A DNA stretch of 64,000 nucleotides from Candidatus Parcubacteria bacterium (GCA_027450205.1 DAIDJL010000002.1:205007-269006), one strand, 5' to 3'. Positions 37,200-47,191 are shown, numbered from the stretch's first letter. A program made the numbers and translations. The notes: generated by a model from the letters alone, not told the origin.

Positions 37200-37766
37200 T
37201 TATTTTTCATTTCGATGTTCGACGGGATCGCATACCTGTGGCGATCCGATCCGTTTGGCGACGAGGACAAGAGAAGTGCCGAGCAGGGCGACGCTTAGGA
37301 TGCCGAACTCGCCCCCGTGAAGCGGAAGGAGGGCGATACCGCCCGAGAGTCCGATTGCGGCAAATATGTTCATCAAGACGAATGATCCGCAGGCAGCGCA
37401 CCCTATCCCGAAAACGCCGCTCACCATGCCGCCCACGCTCGCCGCAACAGCTCCCTGCCGCCACGCGAACGCCCGCTCCTTCATGTAATACGCAATCAAG
37501 GCGATATCGATTCCCAAAAGAATGGCGCTCGCGATCGTTGACGCGGCGGAAAGCGCGCTGAAATTCGTTCCGATGCTCTCCGTAAGGCCGACGAGAAGCT
37601 GCAGCTTGATTGCGAACGGAATCGATTGCGGCATCATCTGTACCACGACGCCGAGATTCGGCAGCCATGTCGCGAACAAGAATGCGCCAACCGCGACGAT
37701 GACGGCAAGCGCGACGTATCGCGGCTTCGTAAATACTTCTTTTATTCCTCGTAACAACACGGACAT
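37200..37766 (-). CDS. membrane protein with intramembrane GCAACGS Cys pair
   Basis: 5-6 TM; adjacent to the DsbA-like gene; possible disulfide partner. Confidence 0.45.
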   Translation of the reverse strand: MSVLLRGIKEVFTKPRYVALAVIVAVGAFLFATWLPNLGVVVQMMPQSIPFAIKLQLLVGLTESIGTNFSALSAASTIASAILLGIDIALIAYYMKERAFAWRQGAVAASVGGMVSGVFGIGCAACGSFVLMNIFAAIGLSGGIALLPLHGGEFGILSVALLGTSLVLVAKRIGSPQVCDPVEHRNEK

Positions 37767-37769
37767 AGC

Positions 37770-38600
37770 TTATGATTTCTGCAATGACGCATCAATGACT
37801 GCCTTGAACGCGGAGTATGGCTGGGCGCCCACAACCTGCGTGCTGTTGATGAACACGGTCGGCGTCGAATCCACGCCTGCCGCGGCGGCGTCCGCTTTTT
37901 CCTGCGCCACTTGGCTTGCAAATTTATTGCTGTCGATACAGCTCGTGAATTGGGGGACGTTGAGGCCGACATGGCTTGCAAGTTTCAAGAAAAGTGTCCG
38001 GTTAAAGAACCCGTCGTCTTCGCTGCCTCCCTTCTGGACTTCTGCGACTTTCCCCGCATAGAGCGCGTCGTGGTACGGCCAAAGCTTGTTCTGATCTTCC
38101 GCACACTCTGCCGCCTGCGCCGCCGCCGTTGATTCGGGCCCGAGGAATGCTAAATTCCTGAATACCATCCTCACTTTGCCGGTATTTACGTAATTGGCGA
38201 CAATCTGCGGTTGGGTTTGAGAAAAGAATTCACCGCAGAACGGGCACTGGTAGTCGCCGTATTCGATGAGCGTTACGGGAGCGTTCGCGTTCCCTAAGAT
38301 ACTGTCATGCGAAGTAAGTTGCATGACTTGCGTGGCGGAGACGGATGGCTGCGGTTGCGCGTTCGGAACGGTAGCCCCCGCTGTTCCACTGGGAGCTGGT
38401 GCTCCCCCGTAAAGCGTAGCGAAGGTAATTGCACCGCCGATCATGACTGCCGCGACAAGGATTGAGATCGGCAGGAAGCGATCTTTCTTTTGCGCTTGCT
38501 GTGGTTGAAGCGGTTCATCTGGTTGAGGGTGATGAGGTTCGTGTTCCATGGTTAGAATTAATACATTAATTTTTATAGGAAAAAATCTAAAACGCCGCAA
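37770..38600 (-). CDS. DsbA-family thiol:disulfide oxidoreductase (membrane-anchored)
   Basis: TM anchor; YGDYQCPFCGEFF CxxC active site; 276 aa. Confidence 0.7.
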   Translation of the reverse strand: MRRFRFFPIKINVLILTMEHEPHHPQPDEPLQPQQAQKKDRFLPISILVAAVMIGGAITFATLYGGAPAPSGTAGATVPNAQPQPSVSATQVMQLTSHDSILGNANAPVTLIEYGDYQCPFCGEFFSQTQPQIVANYVNTGKVRMVFRNLAFLGPESTAAAQAAECAEDQNKLWPYHDALYAGKVAEVQKGGSEDDGFFNRTLFLKLASHVGLNVPQFTSCIDSNKFASQVAQEKADAAAAGVDSTPTVFINSTQVVGAQPYSAFKAVIDASLQKS

Positions 38601-38620
38601 TCAAAATGTGGCGGTAGACA

Positions 38621-39028
38621 TTAGAAACCAAAAAAGGGACGGTAGCACTTCGAATGAAGAATGCCTCTGCGGAATGCCAAACGGAGTGGGTCGAAAATAG
38701 AAAAAGCGAAACGGTTCTTGATGACTGAAAGCGCTGTTCCCGATAAACTGTTTTTGAGAAAACGTTCCAATATAGAAATTACGAGCGAAAGAACAAGTAG
38801 TAAAAATAGAAGGGCGATGGTGGGTGTGGTAGCCGTGAACAGCGATCCCCACGCATTGATGTGCTGCATGATGTTCATACTGCAAAGGGAGCCTGTGTCA
38901 TTCACCAAGGGGCACTGGGCCATGCTGTTGTGGGCGTCGGTCATCGCTATCGCCTGCGTACAGATAAACGGTGCAACCAAAAACAGCACAAGTATCAGAA
39001 TGGTAAAGATGGGCTTCGATAGCTGCAT
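38621..39028 (-). CDS. small membrane protein
   Basis: 135 aa, 3 TM. Confidence 0.35.
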   Translation of the reverse strand: MQLSKPIFTILILVLFLVAPFICTQAIAMTDAHNSMAQCPLVNDTGSLCSMNIMQHINAWGSLFTATTPTIALLFLLLVLSLVISILERFLKNSLSGTALSVIKNRFAFSIFDPLRLAFRRGILHSKCYRPFFGF

Positions 39029-39103
39029 GGATAAATTTTAACAGAATCGGGGGCAATTTTGAACCTTTATTGCGGTAGGTAAATAGCGCTGTCCACAGGA
39101 TCA

Positions 39104-39133
39104 TTTGACAAGAAATACCCTAGGGGGGTATAC
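39104..39133 (+). promoter_or_regulatory. second promoter with CsoR-type operator palindrome (ATACCCTAGGGGGGTAT)
   Basis: TTGACA 39104-39109, palindrome in spacer, TATACT 39128-39133, ATG 39140 (near-leaderless). Confidence 0.6.
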
Positions 39134-39139
39134 TGGCAA

Positions 39140-39851
39140 TATGATCACCTCCGCATACTACGCCTGGTTCTTCTGGAGCTTGCTCCTGCTCGTCGTTTGG
39201 GCGGTCATTTACCTGTTCCTTAAGACCAAAGCAAGCAAGCGGGAGATGCTCATTGTAAGCGCGTGGACATCGCTGCTCGGTCTCACCGAACCGATCTTCG
39301 TGCCCCGCTATTGGAATCCGCCGTCGCTCTTTGGCCTTGCATATCGCACCCACTTCGATCTTGAAAGCTTCATCTTCTCATTCGCGATCGGCGGCATTGC
39401 AGTCGTGCTCTACGAACTGTTCTTCTCGTATCGTCCCGATGCGATGGGCGGCATGGAGCGGCACCACGCGCGGCACCGGTATCATCTGTGGGCGCTCCTC
39501 TCGGCCCCGGTCGTCTTCGCAGCATTACTCCTTATCGCTCCGATCAATCCCATCTACAGCGCGTTCATCGCGATGATGGTCGGCGGCTTCGCCACCTGGT
39601 ATTGCCGCCCCGACCTCAAAAAGAAAATGATCGCGAGCGCGTTCCTCTTCCTCGGACTGTACTTCCTCTACTTCCTCACACTCATTGCCGCCTATCCCGG
39701 CTACGTCGAACGGGTGTGGAATTTGTCCGTGATCTCCGGCATTCTCATCGCGGGCGTACCGCTCGAGGAACTGATGTTCGCCTTCGGCCTCGGATTCTAC
39801 TGGTCGAGCGTGTACGAGCACGTCGGATGGCATAAATTGACGAAGGGATAA
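39140..39851 (+). CDS. polytopic membrane protein, first gene of operator-controlled operon
   Basis: Start MITSAYYAWFFW directly after the -10 (track ORF starts 39105); about 7 TM. Confidence 0.5.
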
Positions 39852-39856
39852 ATCAC

Positions 39857-40060
39857 GTGGATCACACTATTAAGAAAATCTACTGTTGCCCTGAATGTGG
39901 CTTGCACTACGAGGATGAGAAGCTCGCGAAAAAGTGTGAAGCGTGGTGCGGGGAACACAAAAGCTGCAATCTGGAAATTACGAGCCACGCAATCGAAAAC
40001 AAGGCCGAAAACAAAGTTGAAAATAATAATCAAAAATCCAATGAACAACGAATCAAATAA
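39857..40060 (+). CDS. small zinc-ribbon-like protein
   Basis: CCPECG...CEAWCGEHKSC; 67 aa. Confidence 0.35.
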   Translation: MDHTIKKIYCCPECGLHYEDEKLAKKCEAWCGEHKSCNLEITSHAIENKAENKVENNNQKSNEQRIK

Positions 40061-40205
40061 AACGATTTACACGTGCCCGATGCATCCGGATGTGAAACAG
40101 GATGCGCCGGGGAGGTGTCCAAAATGCGGCATGAATCTGGTAGCGGTGGATGCGGGTACGACAGAAAGTGGACATGCGCACAAATCTTCAGGCGGTTGCT
40201 GTTAA
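40041..40205 (+). CDS. small metal-binding protein (CPMHPD...CPKCGMNLV module) ending GGCC
   Basis: [37 protein letters not shown]...SSGGCC; paralogous to the N-terminus of the downstream ATPase. Track ORF 39897..40205 is an upstream extension. Confidence 0.5.
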   Translation: MNNESNKTIYTCPMHPDVKQDAPGRCPKCGMNLVAVDAGTTESGHAHKSSGGCC

Positions 40206-40212
40206 CGATACA

Positions 40213-42315
40213 ATGAATAACGAATCCCAAAAACTTTATACCTGCCCCATGGATCCGGATGTCATTTCCGACCATCCCGGGGAATGCCCGAAGTGCGGCA
40301 TGAATCTGGTTCCCATGGACATGGGCGGCCATGATGGTAGTGATGCGCACGCCGGTCATGGCGGCGCCGAGCAGGATTTCAAGCGCCGCTTCTGGATCAC
40401 GCTTCCTTTCGTGCTGGTTGCCATGGCGCTCTCGCCGAACATCCAGCTATGGTTTCATTTTGAATGGACGGTTCCCGGCGGGAGCCTGTGGCTCTTCCTG
40501 ATCGGCGCCTTCGTGTTTTCCTACGGCGGCTGGCCGTTCTTCAAGGCGGCCAAGGGCGAACTGACGCATAAGAATCCTGCCATGATGACGCTCGTCGCTT
40601 TTGCCATCACCGTAGCATTTGCATTCTCCGTGGCCGCCACGTTCTTTTTCCCCGGATCATCACTCTACTGGGAGATGGCGACACTGATCTCCGTTTTCCT
40701 GCTCGGCCACTGGCTTGAGATGCGGGCGGTGCGCGGCGCGACCGGCGCTCTTTCGGAACTGGCGAAACTCATTCCGCCCTCCGCGCACCTCGCAAAAGAC
40801 GGCCAGCTTACCGACGTGCAGACTAGCCAATTGATGATCGGCGACAGGGTATTGGTAAAACCCGGCGAGAAGGTTCCGGTGGACGGCAGGGTTGTGGACG
40901 GTGAAAGTTCGGTGAGTGAAGCGATGCTCACTGGCGAATCGCGCCCGATCGGCAAAAAGGCGGGCGACGAGGTTGTGGGCGGATCGCTCAATCAGGACGG
41001 ATCGCTCACGGTCGAAGTGGCGAAGACCGGGGCGGATACGGCCATCGCTCAGATCATGAAACTCGTGCGCGAGGCACAGGGTTCCAAGCCGAACGTCCAG
41101 CATCTCGCGGATCGCGCGGCATCGGTGCTCTTTTATGTTGCCGTTGCGGCGGGTCTGATTTCGTTCGTGGTCTGGTATTTTGTGTTCCCGCAGGGGGCGA
41201 TCTTCGCCGCCACCGTGGCCGTTGCCGCGATCGTCATCGCCTGTCCGCACGCGCTCGGCCTTGCGATCCCCACGGTAACGTCCATCACGACGACCTTGGG
41301 CGCGAAGAACGGCATTTTAATCAAAGATATGAAGGGTTTGGAGATTGCGCGGAAACTTAACTACGTGGTATTCGACAAGACCGGCACGCTCACCAAGGGT
41401 GAATTCGGGGTTGTCGATATCGCCGCGTCCGGAACGTCCGATGTCCGCGATGAGAATGAACTGCTCGCGCTCGCCGCAGCCGTTGATGTGCCGTCGCAAC
41501 ATTCGATCGCGCAGGGCATCGTGAAGGCCGCCAAAGAAAAGAACCTCCGCATAGAGGAGGTCAAGGGCTTCAAATCGTATCCGGGCAAAGGGGTTTCCGG
41601 CATGGTCGGCGACAAAGAGGTTTTGATTGGCAACAAGGTGCTCATGCAGGAGCAAAATGTGGCAGGCGTAATGGACGTCGTGAGCCGCAGCGCCGAGGTG
41701 GGCACCCCGAACTACGTGGCAGTGAACGGAAAGTTTGCGGGGACGATCTTTCTCGCGGATATAGTGCGGGATGAATCCAAGGAAACCATCGCACGCTTGC
41801 GTGCGATGGGCATCAAGACGGCGATGCTCACGGGCGACACGCAGGACGTCGCCGATGCCGTCGGCCGTGAACTCGGCATCGACACGGTGTTCGCGCATGT
41901 ATTACCCGAAGACAAGGTCAACAAGGTGAAGGAGCTCCAGTATGGCGGCAATATCGTCGCCATGGTGGGCGACGGCGTGAACGACGCCGCATCACTCACC
42001 CAGGCGCACGTCGGTATCGCGATCGGGGCGGGCACAGACGTGGCGGTGGCATCGGCGGACATTGTCCTGATGAAGAGCAACCCGCTCGACGTGGCGAAGA
42101 CGATTACCCTCAGTCGCAAGACGAACCGCAAGATGGTCCAGAACCTCGCGTGGGCGACGGGGTACAACGTGTTCGCCATCCCTATCGCCGCGGGCGTGCT
42201 CTATCCTTCATTCGGCATCCTCCTCCCTCCTGCGTGGGCGGCGATCCTCATGAGCACATCGTCGGTGATCGTGGTCGGGAACGCGCTGCTCTTGAGAAAA
42301 GAAAAACTGGGATAG
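40213..42315 (+). CDS. copB: copper-exporting P1B-type ATPase, CPH subtype (CopB-like) with N-terminal CPMDPD...CPKCGMNLV domain
   Basis: [24 protein letters not shown], 8 TM; start [15 protein letters not shown] at 40213 (track 40150). Confidence 0.9.
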   Translation: MNNESQKLYTCPMDPDVISDHPGECPKCGMNLVPMDMGGHDGSDAHAGHGGAEQDFKRRFWITLPFVLVAMALSPNIQLWFHFEWTVPGGSLWLFLIGAFVFSYGGWPFFKAAKGELTHKNPAMMTLVAFAITVAFAFSVAATFFFPGSSLYWEMATLISVFLLGHWLEMRAVRGATGALSELAKLIPPSAHLAKDGQLTDVQTSQLMIGDRVLVKPGEKVPVDGRVVDGESSVSEAMLTGESRPIGKKAGDEVVGGSLNQDGSLTVEVAKTGADTAIAQIMKLVREAQGSKPNVQHLADRAASVLFYVAVAAGLISFVVWYFVFPQGAIFAATVAVAAIVIACPHALGLAIPTVTSITTTLGAKNGILIKDMKGLEIARKLNYVVFDKTGTLTKGEFGVVDIAASGTSDVRDENELLALAAAVDVPSQHSIAQGIVKAAKEKNLRIEEVKGFKSYPGKGVSGMVGDKEVLIGNKVLMQEQNVAGVMDVVSRSAEVGTPNYVAVNGKFAGTIFLADIVRDESKETIARLRAMGIKTAMLTGDTQDVADAVGRELGIDTVFAHVLPEDKVNKVKELQYGGNIVAMVGDGVNDAASLTQAHVGIAIGAGTDVAVASADIVLMKSNPLDVAKTITLSRKTNRKMVQNLAWATGYNVFAIPIAAGVLYPSFGILLPPAWAAILMSTSSVIVVGNALLLRKEKLG

Positions 42316-42363
42316 AAATATCACCCCAAAGGCCGATAAACATCATACATACAAAACAAAATC

Positions 42364-42561
42364 ATGAAACCGATTTGGAAAATATTAGCGTGGCTGTTTG
42401 CCGCGTGCGGCATCCTCGCATACCTCTCCGCGTGGGGCAATATATGGTTTGGATGGAACCTGTGGGGTTCGCCAGCGCAGGCGCTCTTTAGCGATGCAAC
42501 CGCCACAGGGATATTCGCCTTATTCTTCCTCGTGTGGGGCAAGTGGGGCGGCGAGCGGTAA
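42364..42561 (+). CDS. small membrane protein
   Basis: 65 aa, two TM. Confidence 0.3.
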   Translation: MKPIWKILAWLFAACGILAYLSAWGNIWFGWNLWGSPAQALFSDATATGIFALFFLVWGKWGGER

Positions 42562-42637
42562 GGGCCGTCATAAAAATGACGCTAGATAAAATAAAAAACC
42601 GATTAGCGCAGGTCGGGTTTTAATGGGCGGCGGCTTC

Positions 42638-43099
42638 CTATTTGTGGAGCAGATGCCCTGCATTATATGTCTCCCAGCTTTCACCTAAAAGAAGCGCAAC
42701 GAAGACGAGGATGTAAATGATTGCCACGCCGATGTCAGTCGATCCCGCCGCATACGGCCCGCCGAAGCCTTCAGCGGTTGACCAGATCACGAACGCCATG
42801 GCAATGCCGCCGTACATGGCGTATCGGCTTAAGACGCCGGAGATGAGGCTGAGCGCGATCGCGGTTTCCGCGACGGCGACGACGATGGCAAAGAAATGAG
42901 GATCGACGTTCACAACGTTGATCCAAAAATTGATCCATCCGGCAATGATCGGCGACTGGTTCTGCGCCCCCGTTTCCAGATAGCCGACAAAGTTGGAGAT
43001 GAAGTCGGGACTCCATTTGAAATACACGTCAATGAACCACACGAATCCGAAAACGATCCGCAAGATGCCGAACCCCTTACTTTTTGAGTTTTCCGTCAT
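42638..43099 (-). CDS. DoxX-family membrane protein
   Basis: Start MTENSKSKGFGILRIVFGFVWFIDVYFKW; 4 TM typical of DoxX. Confidence 0.55.
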   Translation of the reverse strand: MTENSKSKGFGILRIVFGFVWFIDVYFKWSPDFISNFVGYLETGAQNQSPIIAGWINFWINVVNVDPHFFAIVVAVAETAIALSLISGVLSRYAMYGGIAMAFVIWSTAEGFGGPYAAGSTDIGVAIIYILVFVALLLGESWETYNAGHLLHK

Positions 43100-43138
43100 G
43101 CGTTCATTATAACGTGATTTTTCATCCGTGTACCGACG

Positions 43139-43627
43139 GTGTATACTGAGCGGATGTTTTTGAACGCACTGGCGGTCTTCGTCGCTCAATATCTCTATCT
43201 CTTCGCCCTCCTCATCGCGGCGATTTTCTTTTTCACCCAGACGAAGGCAGTGATGAAAAATATGGCGATCTGCGGCGTCATCATCGCGCCGCTCGCGTAT
43301 GTCGTTTCGCGCATCTCATCCCTCTTCTATTACGACCCCCGTCCCTTTGTCGTCGGTCATTTTGTGCCGCTTATCGCCCATGCCGCCGACAACGGCTTTC
43401 CGTCCGACCACGTGCTTCTCACGGGAGCCGTGGCGATGATCGTGTGGTTCTATAACAAGAAATTGAGTGTTGTGCTTTGGGCGCTCGCGCTTCTCATCGG
43501 CTGGGCACGGGTCTTCGTCGGGGTTCATCACTGGACCGATATTATTGGGAACATTGTTATGGTGATCGTCTCCGGCGTGGTCTATTCTGTCATAATGAAA
43601 AATCAAAAAACTGTTACTGTCCAATGA
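43139..43627 (+). CDS. PAP2-family phosphatase (membrane)
   Basis: PSDH and GVHHWTDIIG motifs. Confidence 0.7.
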   Translation: MYTERMFLNALAVFVAQYLYLFALLIAAIFFFTQTKAVMKNMAICGVIIAPLAYVVSRISSLFYYDPRPFVVGHFVPLIAHAADNGFPSDHVLLTGAVAMIVWFYNKKLSVVLWALALLIGWARVFVGVHHWTDIIGNIVMVIVSGVVYSVIMKNQKTVTVQ

Positions 43628-44100
43628 AAGAAAGGACATGGCGCGACCTGTTTGACCTCGGCGTCGTCATTAAGGGGATCGATGGGACATTGGAGCTCGT
43701 GGGCGGAGTCGCCCTCTTTCTTGTTTCACCCACAACCATCAACACCATCGCCCTTTTCTTCATACGCGGAGAATTGAGCGAGGATCCAAAGGATCTTCTC
43801 GCGAACCTGTTCCTTCACGCGACCCAGAGCGTCATTCAGATGCAGGCCTTCGCGAGTATCCTCCTTATCGTCCATGGCGCGGTGAAGCTGTTCCTTGTCG
43901 CCGCACTGCTGCGCAACAAGCTCTGGGCGTACCCCGCATCCATTGCCGTCTTTGGCGGATTCGTGTTTTACCAGCTTTATCAACTGAGCATCGCCAATTC
44001 ACTCTTCCTTTGGGTCGTGACGATCGTCGATATTTTGGTCATCGGTCTTATTGCGCACGAATATCGGTATGTGCGGCGGCACGGTATACTAAAACAATGA
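43624..44100 (+). CDS. DUF2127-family membrane protein (paralog of 18603..19154)
   Basis: ATGA overlap with PAP2 stop; shared motif block with 18603..19154. Confidence 0.55.
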   Translation: MKERTWRDLFDLGVVIKGIDGTLELVGGVALFLVSPTTINTIALFFIRGELSEDPKDLLANLFLHATQSVIQMQAFASILLIVHGAVKLFLVAALLRNKLWAYPASIAVFGGFVFYQLYQLSIANSLFLWVVTIVDILVIGLIAHEYRYVRRHGILKQ

Positions 44101-44597
44101 ACAAGGAGTCTATCATTACCGTCGTTATCGCCGTCGTGTTGGTAGTGGGAATTTTCGTATTCTATGCGGCAAGTAAGCTGACAACTCCCTCGCCACCACC
44201 CGTTGTTTCGAGTACGCAATCGTCGGAAACCTCTTCGTCAACTTCAAGCACTATGCCGCCGACCCCGTCGCCGGTTCCCACGGAAAAAGGAACCGTGAAC
44301 GGGAGTGTCGTTCTCGGCCCAACGTGCCCCGTGGAACATATTCCGCCCTACCCGAACTGCGCTCCGAGGCCATACCAAACGTCAGTCACTATTTCAAAGA
44401 ATATAGAAAATCCTTCGCCGTTCATGACGGTCCAAAGCGATGCCTCGGGCACGTTCAGTGCATCCCTCCCTGCTGGCGAATATGTCTTTTCCGCGCAGGG
44501 AGGATCACCGTACCCGCGGTGCAGCGAGCAGCTCGTGGAAGTGGCCGCGGGACAGACTGCCAGCACCACGATCGATTGCGATACAGGAATACGGTAA
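44097..44597 (+). CDS. secreted Cys-containing protein ending CDTGIR (paralog of 13211..13780)
   Basis: ATGA overlap with upstream stop; TM anchor, S/T/P linker, conserved C-domain. Confidence 0.6.
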   Translation: MNKESIITVVIAVVLVVGIFVFYAASKLTTPSPPPVVSSTQSSETSSSTSSTMPPTPSPVPTEKGTVNGSVVLGPTCPVEHIPPYPNCAPRPYQTSVTISKNIENPSPFMTVQSDASGTFSASLPAGEYVFSAQGGSPYPRCSEQLVEVAAGQTASTTIDCDTGIR

Positions 44598-44631
44598 AAG
44601 GCGGTTAATAGATGAGCCCGATTGGTTACCG

Positions 44632-45903
44632 CTACCCTTCAAAAGCCTTTTTTAATATAGAGAAGACCACGAGTGCTGTAAATGCGATCACGGCAGCAAG
44701 CGCAAAAGCGTAGGACGGATCGATCGTCCACAGCCGTCCGGCAATGACGGATGCGGGCAGGTAGATAAGCCCGGTGACGAAGTTATAGAGGCCAATCGCC
44801 GAACCGCGTCGCGTGGGCTCCAAATCGGCAATGAACGCCTTGCTTTGTGCCTCATCGATGGCGTAGAACACGCCGAAGACGATAAAGAGGACGATAATCT
44901 CCCACTTGGCGAACGCGAACATGAACCCGGATGCCATTACGGCGTAGATGAGATAGCTCAGCATGATGACCCACGTGCGACCGATCCGATCGCCAAGCCT
45001 TCCCATTGGAATCGAAGCAATAACGAACGCGACATTGAACAGCGCATACAGAAGGATGACGTCCGCCACGGAAAAGCCGACAAGGTATGCTTTGAGGAGC
45101 AGGAATCCGAAGCTGAAATAGGCAAGCGAAAAGATGCTCGCGGGCACAAGATACCGCTTGAACGAGGGCGATAGCATCTTCCATGACACGAACATATTTT
45201 CTCGCTCATGCGGCGGGCCGGGGCGCTCTTTCATCACAAGGAGCACGACGACCGCGAGCGTGGCCACGATCGCCGCTCCGATAAAGAGAATATGGAAGCT
45301 ATGAAGGCTCTGCCCAAGCCAGGCAAAAAGAGCGAACGCCAAGAGCGGCCCCGCCACGGCGCCTGCCTTGTCCATCGCTTTATGCACACCGAACGAATAC
45401 CCGCGATCCGCTTCAGATGCAACTTCGGCAAGCCACGCATCCCGCGGCGGCCCGCGGAAGCTTTTCCCGAGGCGCTCGACGATGCGGAAGAGCGCGAGCG
45501 ACGATATCGAATTCGCCACGACGAGAAAGAATTTCGCGAGCGTGGAGAACCCATACCCCACGGCCGCAAGTGATTTTCGCTTGCCGCTGTGGTCGGATAG
45601 CCATCCCGAAAGATAATCGAGGGATGACGCCGAAAAATCCGCAAGTCCCTCCACGAGGCCGAGCAATGCTGCCGAGGCACCGGCGAATACAGTGAAGAAC
45701 ACCGCGAATACCGAAAATATTGCCTCCGAGCTCACGTCAGTGAGAAAACTCACGAGCCCGAGCCGTATCACGTCTGGATGAACCCCGAAACGGTGGCTAC
45801 CTTCATTCGTAGGCATATCGTCAATTATATCCGAGATTAATCGGTTGGGTATGCAAGCGGGTCGAGGTTGGAAATATAAGGCTCCAGTTGCCTTTTTGCG
45901 CAC
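44632..45903 (-). CDS. MFS transporter
   Basis: 12 TM; GRLGDRIGR (MFS loop 2-3 signature); 423 aa (start may be 45816). Confidence 0.8.
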   Translation of the reverse strand: MRKKATGALYFQPRPACIPNRLISDIIDDMPTNEGSHRFGVHPDVIRLGLVSFLTDVSSEAIFSVFAVFFTVFAGASAALLGLVEGLADFSASSLDYLSGWLSDHSGKRKSLAAVGYGFSTLAKFFLVVANSISSLALFRIVERLGKSFRGPPRDAWLAEVASEADRGYSFGVHKAMDKAGAVAGPLLAFALFAWLGQSLHSFHILFIGAAIVATLAVVVLLVMKERPGPPHERENMFVSWKMLSPSFKRYLVPASIFSLAYFSFGFLLLKAYLVGFSVADVILLYALFNVAFVIASIPMGRLGDRIGRTWVIMLSYLIYAVMASGFMFAFAKWEIIVLFIVFGVFYAIDEAQSKAFIADLEPTRRGSAIGLYNFVTGLIYLPASVIAGRLWTIDPSYAFALAAVIAFTALVVFSILKKAFEG

Positions 45904-46195
45904 GCAGGCGCTACACTTAACCCATAACTGAATATGATGGGGCGCAAGCCTCGGAGCCTAAACCTTCACCGGCATGGCTCATAAGACTCAAACCAGAATA
46001 CTGAACCCCGCGTTCAGCAACTCTGGTTTGAGCCGTACTGGGAAACTGGTACGGGACCGAAAGGTCTAGCTGACACGGGGTTCAGTGTTATTTCTTTCCG
46101 TGTCGGCTATCAAAGGCCGGCATTTTTGTTTATCAATTCGTGATCAAAATCAATCACAGAAAGAAAATTAAGGAGGATAGAAAATAACCAATACT

Positions 46196-47191
46196 ATGGC
46201 AAAAAGTAAAAATAAAAAGATTCCCGGGTGGGCATGGGCTGTCTCCGGCCTTCTTGTCGGCATTGTGGGTGCATGGATCGCGGTCGAATACACGGTTGCA
46301 ATAAACCAACCGACGAATAGCGGACAACCGATTACGGCGCCACAACCGGCTCAGAACCAGGCGGCCGTGCAGCAACAGCAAGCCCAACAGCAAATATCAC
46401 AGCAGGAGATCGCAAATCTCAAGACGGAGAATGCGCAGGCACAGACGACCTTGGCACAACAACAGGCCGAAATTGCGAAGCAGCAAGAGCTTTCGCAGCT
46501 CTTTACTATCGGCAACACGCTCCAGGACTATTACAACAAAATCCGTGATGCACAGAATCTCGGATCGGCATCATGTTCTTATGGGTCCCAGTGCGAAGTG
46601 AATTTCTGGGCAGTCTTGGCGAATAACATCAACAGTGGCACAAGCTATGAGGGAACGTACAACTCGCTCACTAACCAGGGTAATTCCGGCATGTACAGCG
46701 ATGCCGCGATGGCTGCGGGGAAGCAGCTCGATACCCTCGTATTCGCCCCGTATGCGGCTGATGTCATCTCAACGGATTCCGATGCGGTGAAGATCAAGAA
46801 AATCCTCGATTTCATCGATGCAAACCTCACCTATGAGCGTGACATGCAGGAAACGCCGCGGGCACCTGCCGAAACGCTCGGGCTAAGATCGGGGGACTGC
46901 AAGAGCTATTCAATTCTTGCGAGCGCGGCATTCTCGGTCGCCGGAGTACACTCGGCTGTTATGCAGGTGGAAAACGCAAGTGGGACGCTCGGCCATGCGA
47001 TGGTGCTTGTGCAGTCAAGCGAGAACTTACCACTTTCCGAATCATATTCTGATTTGACCTCGGTTGGCCTTCCTGCTGGGAGATGGTGGGTCATCGAGCC
47101 ACAGTACACCTATGAGGAGCAACAGCAGCACCCGGACTGGTTCTCGCAGTGGAAACTGGTACACGCCGCGCAGGTGGCGCTCAGGGGATAA
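46196..47191 (+). CDS. secreted Gln-rich protein with transglutaminase-like Cys-protease core
   Basis: Signal anchor, QQQ-rich coiled coil, then GDCKSYSILASAAF...GHAMV (Cys/His). Confidence 0.55.
   Translation: MAKSKNKKIPGWAWAVSGLLVGIVGAWIAVEYTVAINQPTNSGQPITAPQPAQNQAAVQQQQAQQQISQQEIANLKTENAQAQTTLAQQQAEIAKQQELSQLFTIGNTLQDYYNKIRDAQNLGSASCSYGSQCEVNFWAVLANNINSGTSYEGTYNSLTNQGNSGMYSDAAMAAGKQLDTLVFAPYAADVISTDSDAVKIKKILDFIDANLTYERDMQETPRAPAETLGLRSGDCKSYSILASAAFSVAGVHSAVMQVENASGTLGHAMVLVQSSENLPLSESYSDLTSVGLPAGRWWVIEPQYTYEEQQQHPDWFSQWKLVHAAQVALRG

Noticed and set aside
39897-40205. ORF 39897..40205 (102 aa) as called by the track
   Set aside because: Its first half is an out-of-frame read-through of the preceding zinc-ribbon gene. 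The conserved metal-binding module begins at Met 40041, which is the supported start.
46036-46080. Group II intron domain V/VI
   Set aside because: The hairpin gagccgtac-tgg-GAAA-ctg-gtacgg resembles domain V (AGC triad, GNRA loop, GUACGG), but it lacks the 2-nt bulge and the lower helix. There is no room upstream for domains I-IV without overlapping the MFS gene, and there is no intron-encoded ORF.
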